A stretch of 64,000 bases of DNA from Eledone cirrhosa (taxonomy: Eukaryota): assembly GCA_964016885.1 (NCBI GenBank), contig OZ024741.1:43710001-43774000 (forward strand), in the 5' to 3' direction. The notes under the pieces are model-generated. The model ran no database searches. It had not been told where the DNA came from and saw only the letters and a list, made by a program, of their open reading frames with translations. A program made the position numbers and the translations under genes. Positions 12,902 through 26,635 of this stretch are shown here, piece after piece (position 1 is the stretch's first letter; each line of letters opens with the position of its first letter).

Positions 12902-13669
12902 AATAAATGAAGCTAAATTTTAATCATTTGACTTTTATTTAACTTTATTTTACACTACTCCGGAGTAATCAAGCCAACCTTCGCACTTCGTCGAGTGCTC
13001 CAGCCTGCATACTGAGGTGTTGGTATACAACCAACATAAACTCAAAATATATATATATATACAATATATTAATAAATGGAAACTGTATTTATAAAACCAT
13101 ATTTATTTCATTATACATATTTCAAGGACACCAAAGCAAATTATGGTGCGCTTTCATCATATAAAATATAATATAGATCAGTTTTATAAACAAATATCGA
13201 CATACCCTTAAAAGAATGCGACCATGTCTGTTGGAAGCTCCCGTATATTGGGGTTACTAATTTTATTATTGGTCTATTATGCAAATTAGTGTCGGAAAGG
13301 TTTAAATCCCATACATTTAAATTAAGCCATTGGAATAGGGAAAAAGGAAAAGGAGAGAGAAAGAGCAAACCCAAAGAAGAAAAACAAAAGAAAAGAAAAG
13401 GAAAAGGAATAGGAAAAAACAAAAGAAGAAAGAGAAAGAGAAAGAGAGAAAACCCTAAGTGAGAGAGTGTTTTATTAACGTAGTTTTATGAAATGATGAA
13501 ACGAAAAGATAAATATATATTGGATGAGTTAGCGTGTATAGATAAATAAATAAATAAATAAATAGTAGTAACCGGAGAAATTTATCTATTGTTTAAATTT
13601 GATTAAATTATTGAGATCTATAAATTAAAAATTAAAAATTGAGATCTATATTTTATTAAAAGAATATAT

Positions 13670-13718
<49 letters not shown>

Positions 13719-14689
13719 ATCAAAGAATTATGTTATTATTACATAACCTTACATAAATTTATTATTAATCATCAACCAACAATTTATTATTAATTTTTCA
13801 ATTAACAATAAAACTTATAAGAAATGACAAATGACAAAATATATGTTTAAAATGTAGGAATGTTCAGAGATTTTACTGAAGAAAAACTCTTCTTAGTAAT
13901 AGCACTACAGCGTGAGGGGAAATTAATTGATTTATTTGTAATTTAGATAGTTCTAATGATTAAATGTTATAAAAGTTATGATGATAAAAAAAGTTAAGAT
14001 TATAAGAGAACCTTATATTATTTTATAGTAAGTTATAAAATTTATATATTATTTATAGATCCACCTGTTATATAGTTGTGACTGTTAAAATATGAGTTTG
14101 TTTACTGTAACGTCTTAATATTTAACGTTTTTCTTAAGAATATATCTAAAGCATAAAGCGGAAAAAACCTTTTTACATGAGTTCATTCATAAAATGCATT
14201 CAAAATTATACATTTCGATATATATAGACCCATACATAGACATAGACATACATACATGGATACGCACATATACACACACATATATATATATACATATACA
14301 TACATATACACACATACATATACATATATGCATATATATATAAATACAAAATACATACTATAAAATAAAATAAAAATGTGAGTTATAATTTTAAACAGGA
14401 TTATAATTTTAAAAGGAATTATATTTTTAAGCAATGTAATTTTTAAGCAATATAATTCTAAAAATATGTAGCTTTTAAAAAAATATATATAAGAATACAT
14501 AGAAAAAACACAGTATAAAATATGAATTATAACTTTTTATATATCCATCAGAGGAATTAACCAAATAACCCTTTTTAAAAAAACTTTCAGTATGTTTATC
14601 TTAATTTTTTATATATCCATTTTTTTTAAACTTTAAGTATGTTTATCTAGAAGAATTTTCAAGGAAAACATTTTTTTAAGTAAAACTTT

Positions 14690-16110
14690 TCCTCATTTAA
14701 GAGAGTTTTTGGCAGTCGTACGAAGGAATCTAGTGATTTATCGATAGGTTTAATAAGATGAGTTATATATTACATTTTAAATTTATATTTAAACGTTGAA
14801 TTCAATCTATGTTTGCAGCAACTGAAAAGATTGTTTCTTAGATTCACAGAATGTTTGCTCTTTGATATAAAGAATATTTCCTCTATACAAAGAGCACAAT
14901 TTTCGAAAGAAGAATTGAATGGAGGAGCTTAGGAGATAATATTCCAAGATAAAGAATAGTTAATGTTCTTTAATTTTAGGTTCCATAGTAAGCTATATAG
15001 AGAAGTTGAAGATATTTTCTTTATATTCGTAAAAGAGCATTTATGGTTATTAAAACGAGATTTGAAGTCTGTGGAAGTAGAACCTCCAGTTATATTTGTT
15101 TCTACAGATAGATTTATCAGAATTCAAGTTACTAGGAGCCGTGTTATTAAATTGGATATTGCTGGTGTTGTTAATGGTATTCTAGTTAGGTTTTAAGTTT
15201 CTATTATTAATTCTATTAATATTCTGCGCTAAATTACTGGTGGTTGAATAAGTTAATTTTATAGTATGTCTATTAAATATTGAATAATATCAATGTGTTC
15301 TAGGGAAGAATTTGTCAAGAGCTTTAAAGAATAGTTTAGCTATAGGAGTTTTAATATTTAATGAGAAAGGAGGAGCGAACCATAATATATTCCTAGTTTT
15401 ATTTCTTTTTTGTTTATCGAATTATTATAGTTGTTAAAATTGTTAAAATTATGGTTAGTTGTTATATTATTATTATCAATGTATTTAATTGTATTACTAT
15501 ATCCAGCTCTACCTAACGCTTCGTTGTAATATTGCGCTTTATCATCAACAATATTCTTATTAGCTGGAATTCTAGAAATGCGTTGCTGTACAAAATTTGC
15601 TATAGTATTTTTGACGGATCTGGGGTGATTGGAGTTAAAATTAACGTAGTTTAAGTTCTCGTTTAATTTGTGAAATGGATAATTAAGACATGTGTTAAGG
15701 ATTAAGGTTACATCTAGAAAGTTAACTATTTTATAATTATTCTCTATTTTTACTTTGACATTAAGGTATTTAAAAAAATTGTATAATATCTTTTCCTATT
15801 TAATTCACAGTTATTATTTTCGATAAGTAAAAGGATATCGTCACGATATAAACCTCCGGTTATCTCCGGTATTTTTCTGTGTAGAGTATTATTTATAAAA
15901 AGCCCCACAAGATCCGTTACCTGGGCGGAATCCGATGAAAGCGCACCATAATTTGCTTCGGTGTCCTTGAAATATGTATAATGAAATAAATATGGTTTTA
16001 TAAATATAGTTTCCATTTATTAACATATTGTATTTTTACTCCAAAAGATTTGTTGAGTGCTTTATATCAGTTATAGAAATATTTGCTTGTTGTATCCCAA
16101 CAAATTAAAT
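14690..16110 (-). mobile_element. Degenerate Nematis-like PLE (family H)
   Basis: Minus-strand translations SDSAQVTDLVGLFI..GGLYRDD, RNILWFAPPFSLNIKTPIAKLF and GSTSTDFKSRFNNHKCSF. Confidence 0.8.
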
Positions 16111-16233
16111 ATAACTTTTACATATATATATATATATAGATAGATCTACAAAACTAAAATTTTAAAATTATAATATTATTAAATTAAATTGTTTAGAACA
16201 ACTCCAACCAAAGTCATTCTTTTCCTTTTTTTA

Positions 16234-16287
<54 letters not shown>

Positions 16288-16427
16288 CATACATACATAC
16301 ATACAAAAATACATACATACATACATATATACATACATACATACATACTTACATATGTATATATATTATATATATATATATAGTGACGAGAAATAAGTCA
16401 ATTGCATGAACTCATAATCCTTTATTT

Positions 16428-16482
16428 ACTGCTATATATATTTCGATGATAGCCATTGAATGGCTATGACCTCATCAAGCAC
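16428..16482 (-). ncRNA. Hammerhead related to 12847-12901, C3U core change
   Basis: UGC UUGAUGA ggucAUAGCCA-uucaa-UGGCUAUcauc GAAA UAUAUA UA GCA, followed by AAUAAA. Confidence 0.65.
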
Positions 16483-17519
16483 TTAGTCGGTTCTTAGATA
16501 TCCCAGCTCTGTGTTTATAGTGTTGATGGTATCAGAGCCTTGGGACATATGAGCCTGTTAGGAATAATTTAATGTTGTCAGCAGGAATAGTCTTAATTCT
16601 CATTGGTATGTTTGTAGATGCTAGTAGGGTTGGTATTTGACCTCAAAGAGGCAGGTGGGGTTGTAAAGTTCAAACCGTGAGACAAGATGACAATAGTTCC
16701 ATATGACTGATTTTCACAAAAAGCATTCCTGGTCAGATATATATTCAATTAAGGTTAATAGTATAAAATAGATACTACAGGTCATTCTTAAATTGAGAAA
16801 TTTATGTGGAGTGGTGCTACTGAAAATTATGGTTAGAGTAGAACATTTACAAATAAAAAGACTTATATAGGTTGGCTTGCACATACACTCACACCCACCT
16901 CCACAGACACGCTCACACATCCACACAAACAAATTGAGGAATTAATGTCGGGTGGTAATACTTAAAATAATGGTTAGAGTCAAATACTTAGATAGTTTAG
17001 AAAATGTTGAAATAAAAAGACTTATGTAGGATGACTTGTACATACACTCACACCTACCCCCTCAGACACACACACATCTACACACCCAAATCCATACAGG
17101 TGTGTATATATATATATGTACGCACAAGTGCATATATATATACAACAGATGCCCCCAAATCCAAGCATAAGGCAGACATAAAACTAAGTGGGTGTTATTT
17201 TTAAAGAAAAGTAAAGTGGGTGTTTGGAAAAGTTATTGTTTAGACTAGACAAAGGTACAGTATATGGAAGGGATATATTAGCTTAACGCTTGATATAGCA
17301 TATATATATATATATATATATATATGAATATTACATTGCCCATATAGTACACTGAGATGCAACCGGTACTGGCATTGATAAATATGCTGGGACCGTCAAC
17401 TCCTTATTATATATATATATCGTTATGTATGTATGTATGCAGTATACACACACAAGTATATATTTTATATTAGACCATAGAGTAGATTTGTGGTTCACTG
17501 AAAACTATATATTGTTCAA

Positions 17520-17554
<35 letters not shown>

Positions 17555-17624
17555 AAGGGATTTAACTCTCCAGTGTTAGTTGGAATTATTCAGGATGAAC
17601 TAGTTGTAAGTATAAAAATAAGGA

Positions 17625-17822
17625 AATATAATTGTTTCTACTTTTGGCACAAGGCCAGCAATTACCCAGTACATTACTGGTACTTTATTTTATCGACCCC
17701 ATAAGGATGAAAGGCAAAGTTAACCTCGGCGGGATTTGAACACAGACCGTAAAGGGACGTAACTATGCTGGAAAGCATGGCGTCCGACTCTCTACTGATA
17801 CTGCCAATCCACCGCCCTTGGA
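17625..17822 (-). mobile_element. tRNA-derived SINE (abundant octopus-type family)
   Basis: Minus strand has B-box-like gttcaaatccc, then gccgaggttaactttgcctttcatcc..gtcgataaaataaagtaccag..gccttgtgcc..agtagaaacaatt; at least 6 copies in the window. Confidence 0.85.
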
Positions 17823-18256
17823 AATAAGGAAATATAATGCAGTGTTTTTTCTCTTCAAAATTGTATGTATGTACAAATACACACACATATACGCACATAT
17901 ACCCTCGCATATATGTCTGTATTTCTATTCACACATAGATATTTGTGTAGATATATGTAAAATGGAAGAGCTAGTGAGAAAAAGAGAGTGAAAGAAAAAG
18001 AGAGGGGGAGAGTCAGAGAGAGATGGTCGCTAAAGTATTCTCATGAAAAAGCAAAAGGTGATGAGAATACAAACCATTTATATATATTATATTTGGCTTA
18101 AAATGTGCACTCATATTCTCGCACGAATTCACGGCTGGTCTCTAAACTTGCTTTGATAAAAAAAAAAAAATGTTCCTTAAACCTTAAAATTTGGAAAGAG
18201 CTGAACAACGACAAGAATAACATATTAAAATATGTTTTCAATAGGTTGCATGAGGT

Positions 18257-18412
18257 ATAATTGTTTCTACTTTGGGCACAAGGCCAGCAATTAACTGAGT
18301 GCAATACTGGTACTTTATTTTATCGACTCCGTAAGGATGAAAGGCAAAGTTAACCTCGGCGGGATTTGAACTCAGACCGTAAAGGGGCGTAACTATGCTG
18401 CAAAGCATGGTG
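18257..18412 (-). mobile_element. SINE, same family
   Basis: Near-identical to 17630-17780. Confidence 0.85.
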
Positions 18413-19051
18413 CAGCATAGTTACTGAGTTATAATGAGGGATACTACATGTCGATAATATACTTAAAAACTTGAGAAATTAGTGCACCTATAATTTATTA
18501 ATTATCTTGTTTATATGTATCGACATCGCAAAAGGTTTGAAATTTTTATATTTTTAATAAATCAAGTGATATTGTATTAATTATTAACTCATGGCGGTTG
18601 CGATTCCTTGTAAATATTTATAATTTGTGTATATCAATAATTGATCCCTTTGTTACCTTACGCTGATGAACGTTATAAATGTATACTTTACTATCAATTA
18701 TCAAATATTGTTTCGGCTATTATTTAATTGCAGAAACCAGTTGTGGGTAATATAGTATGAAAGTTGTATCCCAGAGGTGGGAGAAGAAAATTAAATTAAA
18801 AAGAAAACTCGACATATAATTTTCATATACTTTATCAAGCTATGCAATTGTATAATTAAGTTAGCTGAAATTGTGAGAAAGAAAGAGTTATATGTCATCA
18901 TGGGTATTATTCTTTTTCCATTGACAGTTCGCATATTACTTAATATATAATCTTTCAATAATCTACGTTAATTTTCGATAATTTCCAATTTTCATTATTC
19001 CAATTGTTTGTATATTGCGAATATTCTGGTCACTAGAAATAGCAATGGTAT

Positions 19052-20568
19052 ATTATTATTATTATTATTACAGTTGCATTTATCTTGCTTTATGTTCATA
19101 CGAGTTATCACCAAGTCACAACCAGTGACCTCAAGAGACAACAAGGTCCGCCATGTTCAAGAAAGAACATACATACTCACACATGCATCTTTAGTGTTTA
19201 GACTTGTGATGTACTTATATTGACAGAATCTTCCTTAGTATATGGGCAGTTCCCATTAGTACTATCTTTTGTATTTCTCCTATACGCGGGTTTCCTGGGA
19301 TTTGCGATAAGTAATCATTAGACCCCTTAGGTATCATTCCCAGAGCGCCTACAACCACTGGTATTGTTTTAGTTCTCAATTTCCACATTTTTCCAATTTC
19401 TATCTCCAGGTCCTTATACTTGCTCAATTTTTCAAATGTTTTTATAGATACATTCTTGTCTATTGGAACGGGCATATCAATTAGCAGGCATACCCTCTTT
19501 TTAAAGTCCTTCAATATTATATCAGGTCTATTTGCATCTATTTTTCGGTCTGTTTGGATGCTAAAGTTCCACAAGATTGAGATGTGATCTTTTTCAAGTA
19601 TGGGAGGTGGTTGATGCTCCCACCAATTCTTTTGATGAGGCAGGTCAAAATGCTTACACATTATCCAATGTATGTATTGTGCAGCTCTGTCATGCCTGTT
19701 TAGGTATTCGGTTGGAGCTATAGGACTGCACATTGAAATTATATGATCAATGGTCTCTGGTTGTTTTTTGCATACACGGCATAATGGGCTGCATCCATTT
19801 TTTATTATGTTGGCTTGGTAATTTTTTGTTGGCAGTCACTGATCTTGTGCTGATATAATCAGTCCTTCAGTCTCCGATTTCAGTCCAGAGGATGCCAACC
19901 ACTGATGGGTTAAAGTTTTGTCAACATCAGGATTGTTAGCTCGTTCTCAATACTTGCAATCAATTCCATACAGAGGCCTTTCTTGCCATTTCTTAGCCAG
20001 TTTCTGTAGCAGTTCTTTCTTTGCAGTTACTTTTACCTGCTTTTCTTTTTCTGTGTTTTCCATTTCAGCAGTAAATGGGACTTCTGAAATTTGTAGCCCA
20101 TTACTGTATCTTTGTTCATCTTTTGTAATGGAATATGATCTTTTGATGCTTTCGTGTTTCAAAACGAGTTTGATCATCCAATCATGTGATTCCCTTAGAT
20201 ATGTAGATAATCCAATTGTTGCAGTTTTCAACGCAATGTCTAACTGGATTAACCCACGTCCTCCTTCTTTCCTAGGGAGATATATTCTATCTATATCTGC
20301 CTTAGGGTGATGCATTCTGTGCATGGTTAAGAATTTTCGAATTTTTGTATCGAGCCTACGGATCTCTGTGCTTGACCAGTTGATGACATTGTAACTGTAG
20401 GTTACTACTGGTATGGCAAGCGTGTTTATGGCATCGATCCTATTCCTTGCATTCAAATTCCGTTCTTAAGATTGCTCTTACTCTGCAGTAACATTCCTTC
20501 CTTATCCTTTCCCTCATTGTCGAGTGCCTGATTCCGTCTCCTTCACAAACACCTAGATATTTGTAAGT
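19052..20568 (-). mobile_element. R4/Dong-type REL LINE (family G), 5'-truncated
   Basis: YKYLGV, RIYLPRKEGGRGLI, CRVC..ETIDHIISMC, RHD, RPDIIL, EKLSKYKDL; (TAA)n at both ends; frameshifted. Confidence 0.9.
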
Positions 20569-20803
20569 ATTATTATTATTATTATTGAATGCTATGGTTG
20601 ACGGAGGCTCGGCTCTGTAAGGTACTGTACATTTTGAACGCTTTAACAATTGTAAATTGTTTAAAACTTAGACCAACTTGTAGACAAAAACACCCTCCTC
20701 CTCGTGAGAGGGGTCTTTCTGCCCGTTATTTGGCCCTTCGGGGTTAAATAACTGCTTATTGGGGGTTTGTACCCAATATTTATTTTAAACAAAAAAAAAC
20801 AAC

Positions 20804-22834
20804 ATGGCTACGAAAAAGAATTTGCATAGGTCACTCCCACTCATTCCGTCTTCTCCTTCCTCAATCGTCACTACAGCAGAGAGAAGATTGTCTCTCTCCC
20901 TCCCTTCTTTAAATGTGTCTCTCTCCCTCCCTTCTCTTTCGCAAGTGACGAAAGAAAAGAAAAGTATCGTGCAAAGCATGCAAGGTTTCTCCACGACGAC
21001 GACGACAGCGACGAAACAGGTGTGCAGGAAATACGAAAACCCAGTTCATTCGTCTGACGTCAGGAATAATAGCAGTAGCAGCCGTAATAACAACAGCAAC
21101 AGTGACAATGAAAACAACAGTAGCAGCCGCAACAGCATCACCAGCAGCATAAACAACAACAGCATTAGCAGCAGCAACACCAACAACAACCACAGCAACA
21201 GCGGCGAAGGCAGTAGTCGTAGTACCTGCAGCAACAACAAAAGTAACAGTAGCTCTGACGACAACAACAACAACAGCAGCAAAGAAAATCCAATCTCATT
21301 TGCAGGTATTGCGAAAAACTTGGAAACAATCCTCATAACAAATGAGGAATTAGAGGAAGCGAAGAAGATGGCGACAAAGAATGGACACCGAGCAAACTGC
21401 AAGGCACCGGAAAATTTTTTCGAAACCCAACAGCACTGTACGGTCACGTACCGTACAGTAAGTACAAAATCCCGTAGGGTGGAAAGAGCCACAGAGGCCT
21501 AAATACAAAAAGCCTTGGGGTCTGTGTGGCAGCGGAAAACGCACATCACCCGAGGCAAAAAATATGCCACCGTAGACGTACATTTTGCCACACCCCAGGA
21601 GGCAAAGGCCCAATCCGTAGTGACCCTAAGGAGCGAGGAAATGGTGTTGGTGCCCTCCTACTGCGGGCAAAAAATTGTGAGGGGCAAACTGACCAACGTC
21701 CCCCCCGGAATGACCCCTTCTTGGCTGGCCGCGTCTGTCCTCGTCGGAATCTAGGACAAAACAACTGTACTGCAAGTACAGAAAAAAGTAAGAGAAGTTT
21801 GGGTCGGCACCTCCATTGAGATGCTAATCCAAACCAACCAGGAGTGCATCGAAGCTATCTCGGATGTGATAGACTTCGATAACGGCACTCAACTGCCCAT
21901 AAGTGTTGAGGGCAAACGCCCGAAATGCTTTCGCTGTGGATCGAAGACTCACCTCAGGTCCTTCTGCAACGAGAAGACCCTGAGAAAGGAGAAAACCCCC
22001 CTCCTTCCGAATCCGGCTCCACGGCTACCAGCAACAGGACAAGCGGCAACCAGGAACGATAGGTCCGTGGCACCCATACCCACGCCACGGAAATCAAAAA
22101 CAGCAGCAGCAGTGGAAATATTAACAACAACAACAGCAATACCAAATGCAGCTGCAACAGAGACTCCAGTGCAAACATCACCAACAACAACACGTGAAAG
22201 AGTGGAGCTGGTACCCCTCCCCGACCTCACAGAATCGGACATGGAGTGTGAAATGGGAGAGGGATGGCAAAAGGTCGTAAGAAGGCACAAACGCAGAAGC
22301 AGCGCATCGTCGCCTTTGAAAAGGGAGGAAAGAAATGAGAAAAGGGTAAAGTCTACTGCAAAGAGACCCACAGCAGCAACACCACCAACACCATCACCAC
22401 CCACACTAGCACCACCATCACCACCGGCGACAACCCCACCACCAACAACACCTTCAACACCACCACCACAACCACCAACATCGCAAACACAACAACAAAA
22501 CACACACACCCAGCAACAATGACAAGAAAATAGCAGAACCACACCCCACCCACAGAAAAACAAATGCACGGCAATAAATACACACAACAAGAAACTAATG
22601 ACTTACATAATTGAACACACAGACACTTCACAACACGACTACATAATACCAGCACCAATCAAAACGCCAACTAACATAAGACTGCTAAAAATATCACAGA
22701 AACAATACACAAACATTAAAACGAAATTCCCCAACGCAGTTGGTGATTTCAGGGACCTAGGAGGAACCATCAATCGAAGAGTATATTCAGACATTCTCTT
22801 AGAAGAGCCGACGACCAGCCGAAGGGAAGATTGA
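20804..22834 (+). pseudogene. Tx1-like ORF1 (zinc knuckle), three in-frame stops
   Basis: ORFs starting 20804, 21515, 21821 and 22598 share one frame. CFRCGSKTHLRSFC fits CX2CX4HX4C; also SFAGI and GWQKVVRR motifs. Confidence 0.85.
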
Positions 22835-22941
22835 ACGGTCCCTTCACCAGACGATCAAGTGAAAAGGGATGTAAAAACCATCCCTCCTCTACCAAAAGTA
22901 CGGTAAGTGGTCTTTCCCATCTTTTCCACTCTATTTTTAAC

Positions 22942-25900
22942 ATGACCTCACTCAGAATAGGCAGCATAAATGCGCGTGGCTTGGGGTCGTCATGGAAGCA
23001 GGGTCACCTGCTGAACGACCTCAGGTCACTAAACATAGATGTAGTGGCCATCAGCGAGACCAGAATCTCCGAAGCACGGGCCTTCGCACCGATCTTCGGC
23101 GGCTACGATGTGTACGCATCTCCCAGCCGTCTTGGATCGGGTGGAGGAGCTGCTGTGCTTTTTAGGAGAGGTTTGGATCTCGCCATACGGGCCATCTTCC
23201 TGGACCCAGAGGGTAAGCTGGTGGTGCTGGACGTGACCCGCGGAGACAGGCAAGCTTTCAGGCTAGTGGCCGTCTATGCCCCGACAGGAGCAGGGCGGCC
23301 TGATTCTTCCGGCGTCTGGAGACCTTTCTTGGAACGTCCCGCTCTTTAGTGTTAGTGGGCGACTGGAACGGGATCTTAGATGCACGCTGGGACTGTGTGG
23401 GATTAGCGGATAGGGGTGGAGGGTGCAAGAGCCTCACCAACCTGCTCAGGCGTTTTGAACTGTCTGACAGGTACCGATTGGATTTCCCGAATGTGCCAAT
23501 GTGGACTTGGACAAATCGCATAGGGTCATCCAGATCATATCTAGATAGAGTATTTTGTAGGGAAATAGATAGGTCTAGCATAGGCTGTCCACAATTCAAG
23601 ATAGTCAGCTACACGGACCACAAATTCGTGATCTGTGTGCTTGACTTAGATAGGCTTCATAGACGAGGACCCGGCTACTGGAAGCTAAACGCGTCCTTAC
23701 CAGCACACAAGGCCTACAGAGACCGGATTAGCGAACTAGTTAAGAGGGCGTTGACGAGGGCCATCGTCAACAACAAGTGGTGGTTTGCTCTGAAAAGGGC
23801 GATTAGAATAGAATCGATTAGGTTTAGTAAGGCTTTAGCAATAGAGAAAAATAGAGCAGAGGGAGAACTAGCTAGAAAATTAGACGAGGCGCTTAGAAAA
23901 GGCATTGCGACCGACGTGCTTGCGGCGGAATTGGCCCTTGATCAATTCTTCAACGCAAAGCACGAAATCTGCGTTGTCAGAGCAAGGGTGCGTGCTCTCA
24001 GACACGAGGGGACGAAAGCCGTTCAATGGGCCCGAGTGGCGGAGGCGCGTCGTGGCAACAAAGCCACGATCCGGTCTTTGGTGGACCACGACGGGCGCAT
24101 GCTACTCGATCCCGGGCAAATGTGTGAAGCTGTTCAGGACACTTCGCTCAGCTGTCCGGAGGCAGCGGTGGGCCGGGTAGAGGGATGGACTTTAGTGTCT
24201 ACCTCGATGGACTGCCGCGGCTCTCGGCCACTGAGGCGAAGTGTTGCGAAAAGCCGATAACAGCCGCTGAAGTAAGGGAGGCAATGACTGGCTGCACAAG
24301 GGGAAAATCGCCTGGTTTGGATGGTCTGCCCTATGAACTTTACGTACAGATGCCAGACTTGTTCGGAGGCCTCTTGGCGGACGTCTACTGCAACTGGCAA
24401 CAGAACGGGACAATTCCCAGTTCTGTGAGCCGAGGAGCGGTGGCACTGCTGAGAAAGGATCCGAACAAGGGGGATAACATAGATAATTTCCGGCCCATAA
24501 CTCTGCTAAACACAGAGTTCAAGATTTTGGCCAACGTGCTAGCAAAGAGGTTGGCGCTTGTCATTGGTGGTCTGGTGGGAGAGGCGCAGACATGCGCCAT
24601 ACCCGACAGATCCATCCACGACAACCTCCACCTCATGCGATTCATCATAGAGAGGGTAGCTAAGGAACCTGGCACGGGTGGGTCCTTGATCAATTTAGAT
24701 CAGTCGAAAGCTTTCGATAGGGTCGACCATCGATACCTAGCGGCAGTCCTGAGGGCGGCTGGCTTTGGGCCCGTCTTCAGAGGCTGGATCGCTGCCATGC
24801 ACAGCGACATCTGCTCTGTGGTGAGAGTGAACGGTCACCTGTCGGAACCTTTCAACATCATGCGCTCGGTCCGCCAAGGATGTCCCCTCTCGTCCCTCTT
24901 GTACGTATTGACTCTCGAGCCATTACTGCACAAACTGGAGACGTTGAGGGGAGTCCCGCGCGAACTAGGATGCGGAAGATCCGTGTCAGCATATGCGGAC
25001 GATGCCACCGTAGTGGTGTCGAACGCCAAACACATCGAGGCGATCGGCACTACACCAAGAGAATACGAAGCGGTGACAGGAGCAATGATCAACCAGGAAA
25101 AGTCAGTGGGCCTGCAGCTCGGCACCTGGAGAGGCAGGTCCATGCCGTCCAACAGCGTCGTCGGACGCTGGACGGACGGACCGGTTAAATTGCTAGGGGT
25201 CTGGTTCGGTCCGGACCTCCAGACGGACAAAAACTGGGACGAGGTGACGAGCAGGGTGGCTTCTCTCACCCAGAAATGGGCGGAGAGGAAGCTATCCCTG
25301 AAAGGTCGAGCGGAGGTGGCTAACGCGTACATTGCGTCTGTCATCTGCTACCGCCTGACCGTCGTACCTTGTCCTAAGCCTCGCCTGACTGCGCTGGAGC
25401 GTTTGCGCTTTCGCTTTTTGTGGAAGGGACGCGCTCCGATAGTCAGGCGGTCCATCTGTTGTCAACACCCGCTACGTGGAGGGCTGGGCATGCCGTGGCT
25501 GATGATGCGCAGGCACTCGCTCAGGCTACGACATCTCCACCTCTTCCTCGACAGTGATCAGGTGTGGTCGCCATTTGCTAGACACGTATTTCCCCAGCTC
25601 GTTTCCTTGACGGAGCTGCAGTCCTGGGTCAAGCGAAGACCGAGAGGGAGCGCCTGGAGACTGGAATGTCTTCAGGCGCTCACAGCCCTCGACCAATCGG
25701 GCAATGTGATCGGTGGAATCTCCACCTCGGCGTTCTATAGAGGATTAGTGGATGGGAAGAGCGACGACGTACTTGGGGAAACTCTAGGCGTCGACGAAAA
25801 TCAACTAGCCAATCTCTTCGGAAGAACTTTCGGGCCAGGGCCTATGGACAACTTCCAGAAATCTCTGGCCTGGCAGTGCTACCGAGGAGCCTTGCCAGTT

Positions 25901-26359
25901 CGGGATAAACTCTACAGGCATGGAGGTGCCGTCAGCCGGGCATGTCCGAGATGCGCACAGGGCGACGAAACCGTCCTGCACGCACTCGTCCAGTGTCCGA
26001 AAATTGCTGACTTGTGGGTTTATGTCGAACACCTGCTGTCGCGTTTAGGACGGATCCGGCTATGATCTGAGTCCATCGTGAGGAATGCCCCGCCCTCCTC
26101 CTTTAGCCGGGAAGGGCAGGCAGTCTTTATCTGTCTGGTGGCCATGGCGAAAGAGATAGTATGGTGGACACGTTTGAAAGGGCTGAAGACGAGCACTTAC
26201 CTCTTCGGTGATGCTCTGATTGCCTTTTTCAAATTTCATTTGAAAAGGAAAATCAGAGTAGAGAGGGAAGTGCTCTCTTCCCAGCATTTTGTTGAAAGAT
26301 GGGTGAGAGAAGCAAGAATGGCCCGAGTGAATGGGCCTACTCTGAGTATATATCTGTAA
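22942..26359 (+). pseudogene. Tx1-like ORF2: APE endonuclease + reverse transcriptase
   Basis: IGSINARGL, AISET, VGDWN, YLDRVF, TDHK; KSPGLDGL, FRPITLLN, LDQSKAFDRV, RQGCPLS, AYADD; CPRC..ETVLHALVQC. Frameshifts near 23310 and 24140, stop at 26063. Confidence 0.93.
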
Positions 26360-26635
26360 ATTAAAGGTGGAAAACTGGGAGAGGGCACTTGCCTTGGTGG
26401 TCAGGGTCATTGTGGCTTTTTACTGGGCTTTCTCCACAAATGTCCCTCCGAAGTCTCCCCCCTATTGGGGAATTTTTCATTGTTATTTTTTGTTACATCC
26501 TCTGTTTTTGTTTTTTACACGCAGAAATGCCCATTTGTACCGTCCTGCACTGTCCTTAATGTCTACGTTATGTAAACACTTGTGGTTAATAAAGAAATCA
26601 TTATTATTATTATCATTATTATTATTGTTGTTATT

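Larger units (their letters stand above)
20587..26600 (+). mobile_element. Near full-length L1-clade (Tx1-like) LINE
   Basis: 5' UTR, ORF1, then ORF2 (APE, RT, C-terminal zinc finger); AATAAA at 26588; (ATT)n on both sides. Confidence 0.92.

Noticed and set aside
13870-13935. CUGAAGA...GAAA UUAA UU hammerhead candidate
   Set aside because: No stem I pairing and a poor stem II.
18653-18750. CUGAUGA...GAAACCAGUU hammerhead candidate
   Set aside because: Stems are weak or mismatched next to the core; at most a degenerate relic.
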